The notes under the pieces were generated by a model. The model was given only the letters and a program-made list of their open reading frames with translations, did not search any database and had not been told where the DNA came from. DNA of 63,956 nucleotides, the filler included, from Octopus bimaculoides (Eukaryota): the NCBI RefSeq assembly GCF_001194135.2. It is 6 parts of 4 records of this genome, joined end to end, with 100 filler letters (N's around TTAATTAATTAA, not from the genome) between each part and the next. Parts side by side here need not be neighbours in the genome. Positions count along the whole stretch, not along the records: positions 20,095 to 34,120 come from NC_068985.1; positions 34,221 to 48,515 come from NC_068984.1; 4 more parts are not named here. One strand, given 5' to 3'. Position numbers and translations under genes: made by a program. Positions 24,123 to 35,780 of this stretch are shown here, in pieces. Each line of letters opens with the position of its first letter. Position 1 is the first letter of the stretch.

Positions 24123-24565
24123 GTCAAGACGAAGAGTGCGATTTTAGATGTTTTATTTTTTGAACAATATTTCGACAGAACGTCTGTCTTTCTCAAGTTC
24201 AAACCAAAAGGTGATTGAAAATTCAAAATTTCAGAAACCAAACGTAAACTATGAATGAGAGTAACCAGCGTCCATACGTTGATAGAATGACATCAGCAGT
24301 TTTTGTCATTTTTTTTTTTCACTGACAGAAATGTCGATTTCTCAATTTCTGATTCATATTTGAATGGTACGAAGTCCATTGGTCCAGGATTGGGTTCAAC
24401 ACTTGGGTCTAGCGAAACTAACAGGGCTGACAAGCCAACTGTGAGAAGGAATAACACGCAAAAGCTGTAATTTACATTACGATTTGAACTTGAGAAAGAC
24501 AGACGTTCTGTCGAAATATTGTTAAAAAAATAAGACATCTAAAATCGCGTTCTTCGTCTTGACTA
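24121..24565. mobile_element. Foldback/MITE with about 83-bp TIRs and TA ends, nested in family E
   Basis: 24121-24203 (tagtcaagacgaagagtgcgattttagatg...ctcaagttcaaa) is the reverse complement of 24482-24565. Confidence 0.9.
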
Positions 24566-24605
24566 TTTACCTTCGTGAAGAGTTACGTCAATTCTTTTTT
24601 TTTAA

Positions 24606-24670
<65 letters not shown>

Positions 24671-24684
24671 TCGAAAAATACCTT

Positions 24685-24730
24685 AGTACCTGATGAAGGC
24701 TGGAGGGTATATCAGCCGAAACGATGTGTT
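24685..24730 (+). ncRNA. Type-I minimal hammerhead ribozyme, family E copy 1 (stem III mutated to ACGA)
   Basis: AGUAC-CUGAUGA-A-GGCUG-gagggUaUaU-CAGCC-GAA-ACGA-U-GUGUU. Confidence 0.6.
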
Positions 24731-24929
24731 AACAATAAACAAGATGAGGACAAATATTCGTCAAATGTAAATAATGTAAACACTGAAAATGATGTACATA
24801 ATTCCTCATCTCTTAAATATAGAACTGAATATATATGTACATATATACATATATAACCCCACATCAAGCGCTGCTTCCTACTTCCCCCATCCACACGACT
24901 GATTTCTTATGGTAGCTCAAACAACAACA

Positions 24930-27900
24930 TTAGACTGCTATACGCATGACCTTTCTCGATAATCGGAGGCGGTGGAGAGAAGGATGTGTAGTTCCTTTTC
25001 GAAAACATCTACTTCTACCTTATGTAAATTTCTTAATTTTTGTGGCAGTGCATTGAAGAGCTGTGTGCCTTTGAACCCTAGACTATTGCAATACTTGATC
25101 CTGATTTTAGACTGTTTGGATGGTACCTTTGGTACAATAAAATGGCGGCCTGTTCTGAAATTAGTATAACATTCAATGCCAAATTTAGGTACTAGCCCTT
25201 CTAGGATTTTCCATATGTATATTATTGCATATCTCTCACACCTTCGCTCCATGGAGTAAAGCTGCATTTTACTCAGCCTATCCCTGTAACTCATCCGCTG
25301 CACTGTGTTTCAATCTTTTTAGTGTAGTGACGTTGGGGTGCTTCAAGCTCCGCTGTTAGTTTGGCACTATGTGGTGACCATAACTGGGTGCATTTGTCCA
25401 GGCGGCTGAGAACAAAGGTTCTCCACAGGGTCAACATAGTTTATTGGTCTCTTGTCTTGAAGGACCTCAGTATCCATCCTGCCAGTTGTCTGCACTTTGC
25501 TGTCATCTTGCTTATGTGCATATGAAATAATTCATTGCAGATATTGATATCCAAGTCTTTCATTGTTTGTGACTCTGGGATTGTAGTGCATTCGGGCCCC
25601 GTAAATGTAGATGACACTGTATTCGTGAGATGATAGTGCAGTGCTTGAAATTTTCAGCATTAAACTGTATGCTGGTTATTTCGGCCTACTTGTTATATTG
25701 ATTTTAGGCCCCGCTGTAAGCTTGTGACATCATGTTGGCTTTTTATTATCTGTGATAATTTTGTATTATCGCATAGCTAGTGACAGTCTCAGAGGACTAT
25801 TCTGAACACTAATGGACCCAGAACTGTTCTCTGGGGGACACTACTTAGGATGTGGGTTTCCTCAGAAAGGGTGTCATTGGCTGCAAATACCTGACTTCTC
25901 TTTTAAAGGAAGTCACGCAGCCACTCTCCCAGTTTACCAGCAATGCCAAGGTCTTGTAGCTCATAACTTATCATGCCATGATGTGCCTTATCAAATGTCT
26001 TTGCGAAGTCAACGTATATCACACCGACATCTGAATGGTCAAGCAGCTGTTTGAAACCCAGTCATAGTGCTGTATGAGCTGTGTGAGGCAGCGTCTTCCT
26101 CGTCGGAAGCCATTCTTAGTATTGTTCTGCAGGTCATTTTCTTCTAGGAATATTATCAACTTCTTTCTGATGTTTTGCTCCATGACATTAATTATATGTG
26201 AAGTCGGAGAGGTTGGCATGTAGTTTTTTGCCTCTGCTCTGCTTCCACCTTTGTGGATAGGTGATGTAATGCCTTCTTTCAGCTTTTTAGGAAGTATACC
26301 ATTTACAAATTACCTTGGAAAAATATCTAAGGTTGTTTCGCTAAAGCCTGCTTACATGAATTTAGGAGAATAGCTGGGAAGCATAAAGACCAGTGGCGGA
26401 GCATGAGCTCATTTCATCTACGGCCGCTGTTACATCTGTTTCCACAATGTTGATGCAATCAATGGCTGGCGCTTCCGTGTTTAGAGCTGGATTTTTTTAT
26501 CTGCATGTGTCCAAGGTGAGAAGTGAAGACAATTTTAAATTGTACACTGATTATCTCACGTATCCTTCCAGGGTCTGCCGTCAGTGAGTCATTCCATTGA
26601 AACAATGGTCCTATGTTATATTGTATTGCGGCTGTTTTCTTTGGGAATTTATAGAAAGCTTTGGGATTTGTTTTTATGTTTTCCAAAGCCATATTCTCTC
26701 CCTGCTCTTTCCCTTTCGTGAGAGAGTTTGCTGTTGCTTTCAGTTCCTAAGTGTGTCCGTGTTAAGATAGACTTCTCTCTGTCCTTCAGTTGCCTATTCA
26801 GCCGCTTTGAGACCTTTGACCTGCGTCTCATGAGGATTTTTGTGTCCCTGGGAATCGTGTTTGACAGCGCACTTGCCGGTCCTTATTTGGATATATTTAG
26901 TGCATATAACTTGCACTGTTGACATAAACTGGCTGAGTTTCAGATCAATCTCTTGCATACACAGAATGTTGGATCAATTTCGTTTCTAGATCTCCTTGCG
27001 GATTGATTCCCGTTTTTCCTTATGGATAAGGCTGGATAAGGTTTGAGTCCTCCAAAATGGGTAAATAACCACAGTTCGCACTGGACATAGTTAGTTCAAT
27101 AATGTTATGATCTGACAGCACCGTTGGTGTTACCTTCACATTATAGATAATGTGCACATTATTTGTGAATCATATTTCCAATATGTTGTTCCCCCTGGTT
27201 GACTTGAGTATTACTTTCTCCATGAACAGCTTATTAGTAAGTTCAAATACATTCAAATCATGACTCTGCATGCTTTTGTTCATGCAGTGAAATCCCAGAG
27301 AGGATGTGGCCTTCTGGTCATTTGACATGAGGGAGGTTGAAATCACCCAGGAAGTGTTTGTTGATGTTCTGATGTGTTTGAGGCTATTCTCAAATTTTAC
27401 ATCATATTTTGTGTTATTCGGCAAACAATATATTACGCATACAGCAACATCAGCCTGCTTTATATGTGCTATTAAGATGTGGCAAAGTGAGTTTGAATGG
27501 GACAATAATACGACATCTTCACGGATGTTCATAGCAACTCCACCGTGGTTTCTTTCTCTTCTGGGAGTACGAAATAGAGCATATCCTGGGATGTGCACTT
27601 CCGCATCTGTTACATCAGGGGCTACATGCGTTTCAGTGAATGCCATGCATATTGCTTCACTGCATGTAGCAAGCTATTTTAGATAGAGAATTTTACCTTT
27701 GCTGCTGAGTTGTAGCAGACATCTAATGTTTAGTAGGAATATGGGTGCGATACCAGGGTAGGTGTTAGTGGTGGCCATCCTGGGCCTGTCACCTGAGGCG
27801 GTCTTGTGTACTGGAATGCATGGCTTTGCGTTTGCATCCTGCGCACCCATGTCAGCTTCTCTACTATCTTCTGGGCCATGTTAAAAAAAGACTGCTGTTC

Positions 27901-28250
27901 GATAGCAGCATTTCGTACAGCCTCTGCATATTGCCATATTGCCTTTATTGGGGTGCAGAATGGATGCGTTGATCTATTTTCCTACTCTTTTGGGACGTGT
28001 TTCTTCCAGTTGTTAATTATTTTGTCTGCCTCTTTTTATCACCACAGTCCAGCTTTGACTTTTCTTATTGCAGGCTGTTGCTGCTCTCAGTGTTGTTTTA
28101 GAGGCCGCAGATTCTTTTTCTGTGCGGTCTTTGGGTCAGTGTTGTTCGCAGTTTCTTTTGTTATACTGTGTTTGTCCTTCATTGGATTCCAGACATGCAG
28201 GGTCGTCATTCAACACTCCTGTTTCCTTCATTATGTTTTCTAGAAGGTTG
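24930..28250 (-). mobile_element. Long degenerate CR1-clade LINE (APE endonuclease plus RT; ORF1 remnants upstream)
   Basis: APE: AFTETH...IPGYALFRTPR..RNHGGVA...VCVIY. RT: PTSPTSHIINVME...GFRRGRRCLTQL. CR1 C-terminus: SYRDRL..MQLYSMERRCERYAIIYIWKILEG...LFNALP. The 5' boundary is uncertain. Confidence 0.9.
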
Positions 28251-28539
28251 ATATGCTGCTTGACAAGAGCATAGAAGCGTATGAACTCTTGTTACTTTCG
28301 AACTATCTGTGCCATGGGTCTATGGTAACCATAGCTTTTCAAGTCCGCCACTATCCGTTCGTTCGACGGAGAACCTTCGCTCATGCTCCAAACTTGGGTA
28401 AAGAGACGGAGCTCCTCGAACTGTCAATTTCGATGCATCTTTTGTATTTTGTTTCCCTGCATCTGACTCTGTGTGAATTCGCGGTTGTTGGTGTCCATTT
28501 TTTTTATATATTAAAGGTGAGACAGAGAGAGCAGAAATG

Positions 28540-28651
<112 letters not shown>

Positions 28652-29087
28652 GCTTGTAATAGAGAGTCTTCGAGAGTGGTACGGAATTTTGTGTCAAAGC
28701 GATAGAGAAAGAAAAGTTCAATGAGAGATGGAATATGAGATAGGGAGTCTGAAACAAGTGGTGTCGTTATGTGTAGGAGAGAAATAGGGTGGGAGAAAGA
28801 GAGAGAGAAAGGTATTGTAGATGATTCTAAAATAGCGTACTTTACATAGGTGCAAAATATAATCGAGAACGAGAGAGTTGAGAAAGAATGTTTAAGGAGA
28901 GAATGTAAGAGTCTAAATAGAGTGCAAATTTACGCACGTTCGGAGAGAGAGGGCGAGAGAGAAAGGTGATGTTATGCACTGAAAATGGATTCAGAAAGAG
29001 AAAGAGGAAGTTTAAGATGAGAAAATGAAAGAAAGAATCTAGATAGTGTATACACACATATATAGAGTCAATTGAAATATAAACCTT

Positions 29088-29575
29088 TAGGAACGTCCAG
29101 AGAGAGAGATTGTTTAAGGGGAGAATTGAGAAATATTTAACTCATAAAAAGTTTAAGAAGAGAAGGTGGGAGAAAGAAAGGAGAAGGGTGGTTTTGCTAA
29201 TTGCAAAACAGGAATCGAGGTAATGAGTTTTAAGGACGTTCGATCAAAAACGAGGTAATGAACTTTAAGGGGGTACGAACAAAATAGTTATTGGTAACTC
29301 TGTAGGGAAGAAATAAGGAGATCTATAACAAGGTGGAAGAAAGAGAGAAATGGGTATCATCAAACGCTAAGACAACACTAAATAGGTTCAAGAATATATA
29401 ACTAGGAACGTTGAGAAAGAGAAAGAGACAATATTTAAGGAGAGAATCGAAAATTTTTTAGTTAACACTCGGAAAGTTTAAGGAGAGGGAGAGTGAAAGA
29501 AAAAAAAAGGAGGAAAGAGTGTCGTCGCTAAGTGCAAAAAGAAATCAAAGTAATAAACGTTAAGGACGTTCGATC
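29088..29575 (+). repeat. Diverged purine-rich direct repeat (about 160-170 bp units, about 315-bp spacing)
   Basis: taggaacgt...tttaagg.gagaat...ttaaggacgttcgatc at 29088-29245 and 29403-29575; a partial third unit lies near 28870. Confidence 0.7.
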
Positions 29576-30069
29576 ACGTAGTAAATACTAGTAAATACGA
29601 GTTATATGTGCAAGCAAGAGAGACTGAGAAAGAGTGATTGAGGATTGGAATAAAACAAAAATAGAAATATTTAACTTCAGAAAATCTTCAATGTGATACT
29701 TACTTAGAATGTATGAGACTTACAATAAATTCGCCTTATCTTATATTCTTGTCAGAGAAAACGATAACAACCGTACTTAAAGATCCCTAAACGCAAGAAC
29801 ATTTTCACCATTGTATTTTAGTTTAAGTCTACGGACACTTGTTTGAGTTTGGAGTTTCGGTTTAGCAATTTAATTAATTAAGGAGAAACGAACATGTGCA
29901 AAGTCATTTAAATAATATCTTCATGTCCTGGACATCTTATGTATTTTACGCAGATGGATCAATATTTGTTTCAACACTGGTTTTCAGCACGTTGTACAGG
30001 GGATAAATCGAGAATAAAAAAAAAACAAAAACAAAAAAAAAACACGTAATCTTCTTATGCCGCCATTTT

Positions 30070-30104
<35 letters not shown>

Positions 30105-30338
30105 NNNNNNNNNNNNNNNNNNNNNNNNNNNNNNNNNNNNNNNNNNNNNNNNNNNNNNNNNNNNNNNNNNNNNNNNNNNNNNNNNNNNNNNNNNNNNNNN
30201 NNNNNNNNNNNNNNNNNNNNNNNNNNNNNNNNNNNNNNNNNNNNNNNNNNNNNNNNNNNNNNNNNNNNNNNNNNNNNNNNNNNNNNNNNNNNNNNNNNNN
30301 NNNNNNNNNNNNNNNNNNNNNNNNNNNNNNNNNNNNNN

Positions 30339-30386
<48 letters not shown>

Positions 30387-30395
30387 ACACAAATA

Positions 30396-30538
30396 TACGA
30401 CGGGCTTCTTTCAGTTTCCGTCTACCAAATCCACTCCCAGGCTTTGGTCGGACCGAGGCTATAGTAGAGGACGCCTAATGTGCCATGCAGTGGGACCGAA
30501 CCCGGAACCATGTGGTTGGTAAGCAAGCTACTCCTCCG

Positions 30539-30631
<93 letters not shown>

Positions 30632-30988
30632 TGTGTGTGTGTACGTGTGTGTGTTCGCACCTGTTTGTGCATTTATTTGAGTGGGAGCGCATGTGTATGT
30701 GTATATGTAAGTGTACGCATGTAAATGTGTGTGTATATATAGCTATTTGTATATGTATGTATATGTATATATTTGTGTGTGTGTCTGGTCTGTGTTTCTC
30801 TCCACCATTGCTTGACAACCGATGTCGGTGTGTTTACGTACCCGTAACATTGCGGTTCGGCAAAAGAACTGTTAGAATAAGTACTAGGCTTACAAAAAAT
30901 AAGTTCTGGGGTCGATTTCTTAGAAAAAAACTATTGAAAGCGGTGCTCCGATATGGCCGCAGTCAAATGACTGCAACAAGTAAAAGAA
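30396..30988. mobile_element. SINE family A halves: 5' half on minus (30396-30538), 3' half on plus (30780-30988)
   Basis: Matches to the two halves of the family consensus in opposite orientations. Confidence 0.8.
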
Positions 30989-32708
30989 TATGTATATATA
31001 TATANNNNNNNNNNNNNNNNNNNNNNNNNNNNNNNNNNNNNNNNNNTCTTATATATATGTATGTATGTATGTATGTTGGTATGTATGTATGTATGTATAT
31101 AGTAGAGATAGAAACAGAAAGTGAATGAGAGAGTGAGAGAGATAAATAGATAGATAAGTATACGGAGAGAGACAAACTAGGAGTTATGGAGAAAATAGTG
31201 CAGCTTTTGATGTGTGTATGTTTGTGTGTTTGTGTTTATGTGCGTGTCCATGAATTTAACGATGTGTGGGGGAAAATCTGATGGACGTATCTTTAGAAAC
31301 TTCATATATTGGAATTCCCCACGATTCAGCATGTTTGATGCCTAAGCAATTTAAAGCTAAAATTAAATTTCAGTGATTTTACAGCGTTTAATTTGGTGAC
31401 ACCCTTCCATGCTTTTATTGGCAATTAAAGTTGGGTAATAAAAAATGTATAATACAAAATAACTGCAAGGAAGGAATTAAATCTTGAAGTCAATTAGATT
31501 AATTATATGGTTAAGGTAGCAGTGAAGCCTAAGCCTCTCAATCACTACTTTAGAGACATGGGGAGGAATTATTATTTATTTTGCAATGAAATTATTTGAT
31601 ATAGACGTTAGTAGCGACATAAATGGCAATTACTTTAATTACACTGTTTGTCCTAATGCTGATATGCAGTTCACGTATCTTCGTAATTTGGCTGCAAAAA
31701 TGTCTAGACGGTAAATGCAAACGCTTCAAAATTTGCGCAGAAAATTTACGTTTTTATCTAATTTATGTACGTGTTTGTGCCATCATCGTCTTCAAAATAG
31801 TTATTATGTTACTTAGATGATTTAACAATGTGAAATATATGATATAAAATGTTATATTTTTACTGATTTTGAAAATAGCTCAGAGCAAATTTCACAGCAG
31901 TGCAGAGCAAACTAAGATTGTATATTGAACACAAATGTTTTGGTTAAGCAATATCATTATGTACTTTTGTCCCTTCAGTTCACAAGGTGGTAGGAGTCAA
32001 AACCCTTAACATATGGGTTATTAAAACAATTATATACAGCGTTAAAAAATAGAATCTATTTCATATCAAGCAATTATTAAAAACAATTTAAGATAGAAAC
32101 CAGCAGTACACGAAACCACAGATCTTGTGCTGTAGGTATATCATCCGTGCTATCAGGAGATTCTACCTTTTCGAGCTAAGGCTTAGCAGTCGTCTTTTAA
32201 TATAATCAGTAAAATCAATCACTCGGCATGTGAGAAATACTGCGGTCCGAATTACATCATGGATCTATGGTTCTTTTGCCAATGTATGTGCATCTTTCCC
32301 CATAACATGCCTATAAACAATTTATCATTATTGATAAACACCGAAACATCATGGCAACAATAAGCTTCTGACAGTTTACGATAGAGTAATATTTTTATAA
32401 GCACAATTGAGAAATCATCGTATTTTAGAAGTCACCAGTTTGTATTGAAATTGTTTCACTGTTTAAATTTAAAAGAAAAACAGGGCAATATTATAGTCAT
32501 CAATGAAAATAATATATACTGTACTTTTATAAAACTAAATCTGTAAGATAGCTTAAAAACACACAGAAAGAAATTCATATACAAACACTTGCTTTGATTG
32601 TGGCCATCACACTTCATCAGATATTTAATATCATGCAACATTCTCAATTAAAACTATGCATAGATATTGAAAAACACATAGACACACTCACATTATATAT
32701 ATATATAT

Positions 32709-33815
32709 TGGTGTTCATTGTATCTAAGGCGTATTTGGTTTTTCGTGGCTCCAATGCATGATCTTATATGGATGTTTGTGTGTACATCACATTGGTAAAC
32801 TACATTTTCGGTCTTACATCTTTTGGAGAAATTGCATTTATTCCTATCCTTACAGCTACATAAATTATAAGGGATGTCTGTGTCAGTGTGTTGTTGTGTG
32901 GCCCTATTGTTTTTTTGGTGTGTGTGTGTCTGTTAGCAAGAGGCGTTGGATTAGGGTTGGGGTTTGTTTTATTTGTCGGACGTTTGTTAGTTTGGATGTT
33001 CATGGTCTTTCTAGCTGCATAGAATGTGTCTAATATTTTATTATTAATGGAAGCTATGATGGTAGCTACCTTACATTCAGACTGTAGCCGATTCTAATTT
33101 TGTACTTAAATATTGCTGCATATTTATTGTTTATATTTAGATGTTTATCTATTATGTTCATTAATGAACGGACTATGTTGGATTTGAGGTTCATGGTGAA
33201 GGGGATAGTTAACCAGATCGTATCACTATTGTGCTTATTGTTATTACGGTTATGTCTGGTATAGAACCTGCCATCATAGCTGGGAAGGCTAGTGATTTTG
33301 CCTTTGTGGCAAAATATATGTGTCTAATATATTTCTATAGGTTTATTTTTACTATGTGCCTTATGAGTGTTAGGTGGGTTAATATTGTTTTTTTTTTTTG
33401 TGGGCCCGGCGTCAAGGCGTTAAGGTTTATAACAGGGTTTATTTTAGTTCGCTGGGTCTCACTGTTATTAATAATATTCGTATCTTTGTGCGGCTTAATA
33501 CTGATCATGTTATTGTATTTCCGCTTGGTTATATTATTAGTCTTATTAATGTTAATAGTATTATTAGTATTGGTGTTTATGCTGTTGTTGATATTTTTGG
33601 TGTTATGTGGGTTGGGTTTAGGATCTTTTGTATTACTATTATATTTATTATGTTTAATTGTCTCCTTTTTATTGTTGGTGTGGTTTGCAGTAGGGTTTGG
33701 TGTGTTATTATTGTATGTGTTAATATCATTTAGATTCCCTTTATTTCGGTCATTTGTATGGTTATTGGGGGTCTAGGTGTTTAATTTTATAGTTAAATCC
33801 TGCTTTATGTAGTGC
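32709..33815 (-). mobile_element. Penelope-like element 3' part (thumb, long Asn-rich linker, GIY-YIG)
   Basis: Minus strand: YYIALHKAGFNYKIKH, then an N/T/K-rich tract, DTIWLTIPFTMNLKSNI...IIDKH...IRIGYS, and CSCKDRNKCNFSKRCKTENVVYQCDV....CIGATKTK..RYNEH. Confidence 0.85.
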
Positions 33816-33912
33816 GATATAATAGATTTCCTTTCTCTACACTTTCTCCATTTTCTACATGATTATATATATATATATATACTTTATTTAAAAGCAGCAG
33901 AAATATAACAAA

Positions 33913-33958
33913 AAAACCGTTACTCTGAGTTTTACGTTCCCGTTCATCGGACAGTTTT
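33913..33958 (-). ncRNA. Hammerhead-like motif, family F, with core deviations, upstream of the Penelope ORF fragment
   Basis: AAAACUGU-CCGAUGA-ACG-GGAA-CGU-AAA-ACUC-A-GAGU-A-ACGGUUUU: 8-bp stem I, 3-bp stem II, near-palindromic stem III; U4C and G12A relative to the consensus core. Confidence 0.5.
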
Positions 33959-34322
33959 GTTAGAAATGGAGAAAGGATAACAATGCAATCGAAAGTAATA
34001 TAAAATTTAAAATTTAAAACACATGGATTCGTTTGATTGGTTGTTTCAAATAAGGGCCATGGATTGGTCGTTTCAATTAACGGTCAATGATGTGTAATTC
34101 ACAGACCAAATAAATTTAATNNNNNNNNNNNNNNNNNNNNNNNNNNNNNNNNNNNNNNNNNNNNTTAATTAATTAANNNNNNNNNNNNNNNNNNNNNNNN
34201 NNNNNNNNNNNNNNNNNNNNAAGGGGGTACGGTTAGGGGATTGGTGTGGGGGAGGAGAGAGGGCGGTGGTGCGGTCGATTCGACGAGCGCGGGCGAGGGC
34301 GGATTGGACAAGGTGGGAGGGG

Positions 34323-34354
<32 letters not shown>

Positions 34355-34408
34355 TACACACACACACACACACACATACACACACATACATATATATATG
34401 TAAAAAAA

Positions 34409-34446
34409 AACTAGCAGTGGTTCCCGGCGTTGCTCGGGATTAAAAT
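34409..34446 (+). mobile_element. Helitron/Helentron-like terminal fragment
   Basis: actagcagtggttcccggcgttgctcgggat resembles the short-hairpin ends of Helentron-associated non-autonomous elements. Confidence 0.35.
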
Positions 34447-34461
34447 GGTATAGCTTTTTAC

Positions 34462-34647
34462 TGTTTTACTTCTTTCGATCATGTGACTGCGGACGTGCTG
34501 GAGCACCGCCTATAGTCGAAGAAATCGAGCCCAGGATTTATTCTTTGTAAGCCTAGTACTTATTCTATAAAAGTGTTTTGTCAAACGGTTAGATTACGAG
34601 AACGTAAACACACCAACATCGGTTGTCAAGCGATGATGGGGGTACAA

Positions 34648-34650
<3 letters not shown>
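34462..34650 (-). mobile_element. SINE family A, 3' half
   Basis: gtgactgcggacgtgctggagcaccgcc...caacatcggttgtcaagcgatg. Confidence 0.85.
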
Positions 34651-34680
<30 letters not shown>

Positions 34681-35144
34681 GATATACATATATACATATA
34701 CATCTATACATATATGTATATGTATATACATATATATGTACACATATATATATACACATATATACATGCATACATATATTTATATACATATATATATCTA
34801 TACACACATATATATATAAATCTATATATATACATGTATATATATATATATATATACATATATACATATGCATGTATACATATACATCTATACATATACA
34901 TCTATATATATATATATAGTGTCGAAATACGTATCTTTTATTCACGCAACCGCTCCGGGTTGATTTTGGTTCACCTAGTCTCACGTATATTGTGATTTTT
35001 TAACGCAATACGTCTATAGAATGATTTTTCCCGGACGCAAAACTGCACTTATGCCTTTTCAACGAAACACATACGTTAATCATGCAATATAGATAAAGAT
35101 TTTGCTCTAGAGCTACTTGCACTACATAATTAGGATATATATTG

Positions 35145-35600
35145 TTGGAATTTACAAAAAAAAGAAACGATGAAGACAGGTGTATAAACAACAAACAGGT
35201 GTATTAGTTTAATGCTCAGGAATGTGAGAAAGTATTTTACGTTTCGAGCCTAGGCTCTTCAGCAGAAAGGAACACGAGAAAATAAACAGAGAGAGAATAA
35301 TAGGAGCTTTAGTGGCTAGCGGTCGATCATAGCGACTAGCTGGACGGAGGTGGTAGGCAGGAGAACTATATATATTCTCCCATATATATATAGTCAATTC
35401 ATATAAACAAACAATTCAAATAAACGAATAAAAAGCGAAACAAAGAAAAACAACGAACGTGAGGATGCGCACAAGAAGTGTATTAACTTGACGCTCGGAG
35501 AAAGGAGAGAGTTTAAAATTTCGAGCATATAGCTCTTGGTCGGAAAGGAGAAAGGCAAAAGTTCAAAGAAGGAGAAGAACGAGAAATCGCCAACGGCCCA
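35145..35600 (-). mobile_element. Two adjacent related hammerhead-bearing units (family D copy 2 plus a diverged sibling)
   Basis: HHR motifs at 35233-35270 (CUGCUGA-A-GAGC-CUAG-GCUC-GAA-ACGU-A) and 35506-35550 (CCGACCA-A-GAGC-UAUAU-GCUC-GAAA, degenerate), each followed by gagc(g/a)t(c/t)aa..taatacac. Confidence 0.7.
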
Positions 35601-35621
35601 TGTATAGTTACATTGCTGAAG

Positions 35622-35661
<40 letters not shown>

Positions 35662-35679
35662 TGTTCATTATTTCGTCTG

Positions 35680-35780
35680 TCAAATTCCGCCGAAGAATTT
35701 TAACTCACAACGAAAAGACAGACAAAATTCCGCTAAGCATTTTGTCCAGCGTGCTAACGATTCTGCCAGCTCACTGCCTT
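35680..35780 (-). mobile_element. SINE family C head
   Basis: ccgctaagcattttgtccagcgtgctaacgattctgccagctc. Confidence 0.75.

Larger units (their letters stand above)
23885..24827 (+). mobile_element. Composite hammerhead-bearing element, family E (inverted 25-bp end, tRNA-like head, (AAT)n, HHR, terminal repeat)
   Basis: The ends cagttctatatttaagagatgagga and tcctcatctcttaaatatagaactg are inverted. The segment aacaa.caa.atgagga.aaatat..gtcaaatgtaaataatgt occurs twice directly. A B-box gttcaattcc lies at about 24006. The 3' part is homologous to 39053-39243. Confidence 0.8.

Noticed and set aside
33231-33776. 181-aa very hydrophobic plus-strand ORF suggesting a NUMT (ND6-like) or membrane protein
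   Set aside because: It is the antisense of an Asn/Thr/Lys-rich tract lying between clear Penelope motifs on the minus strand; there are no mitochondrial protein signatures.
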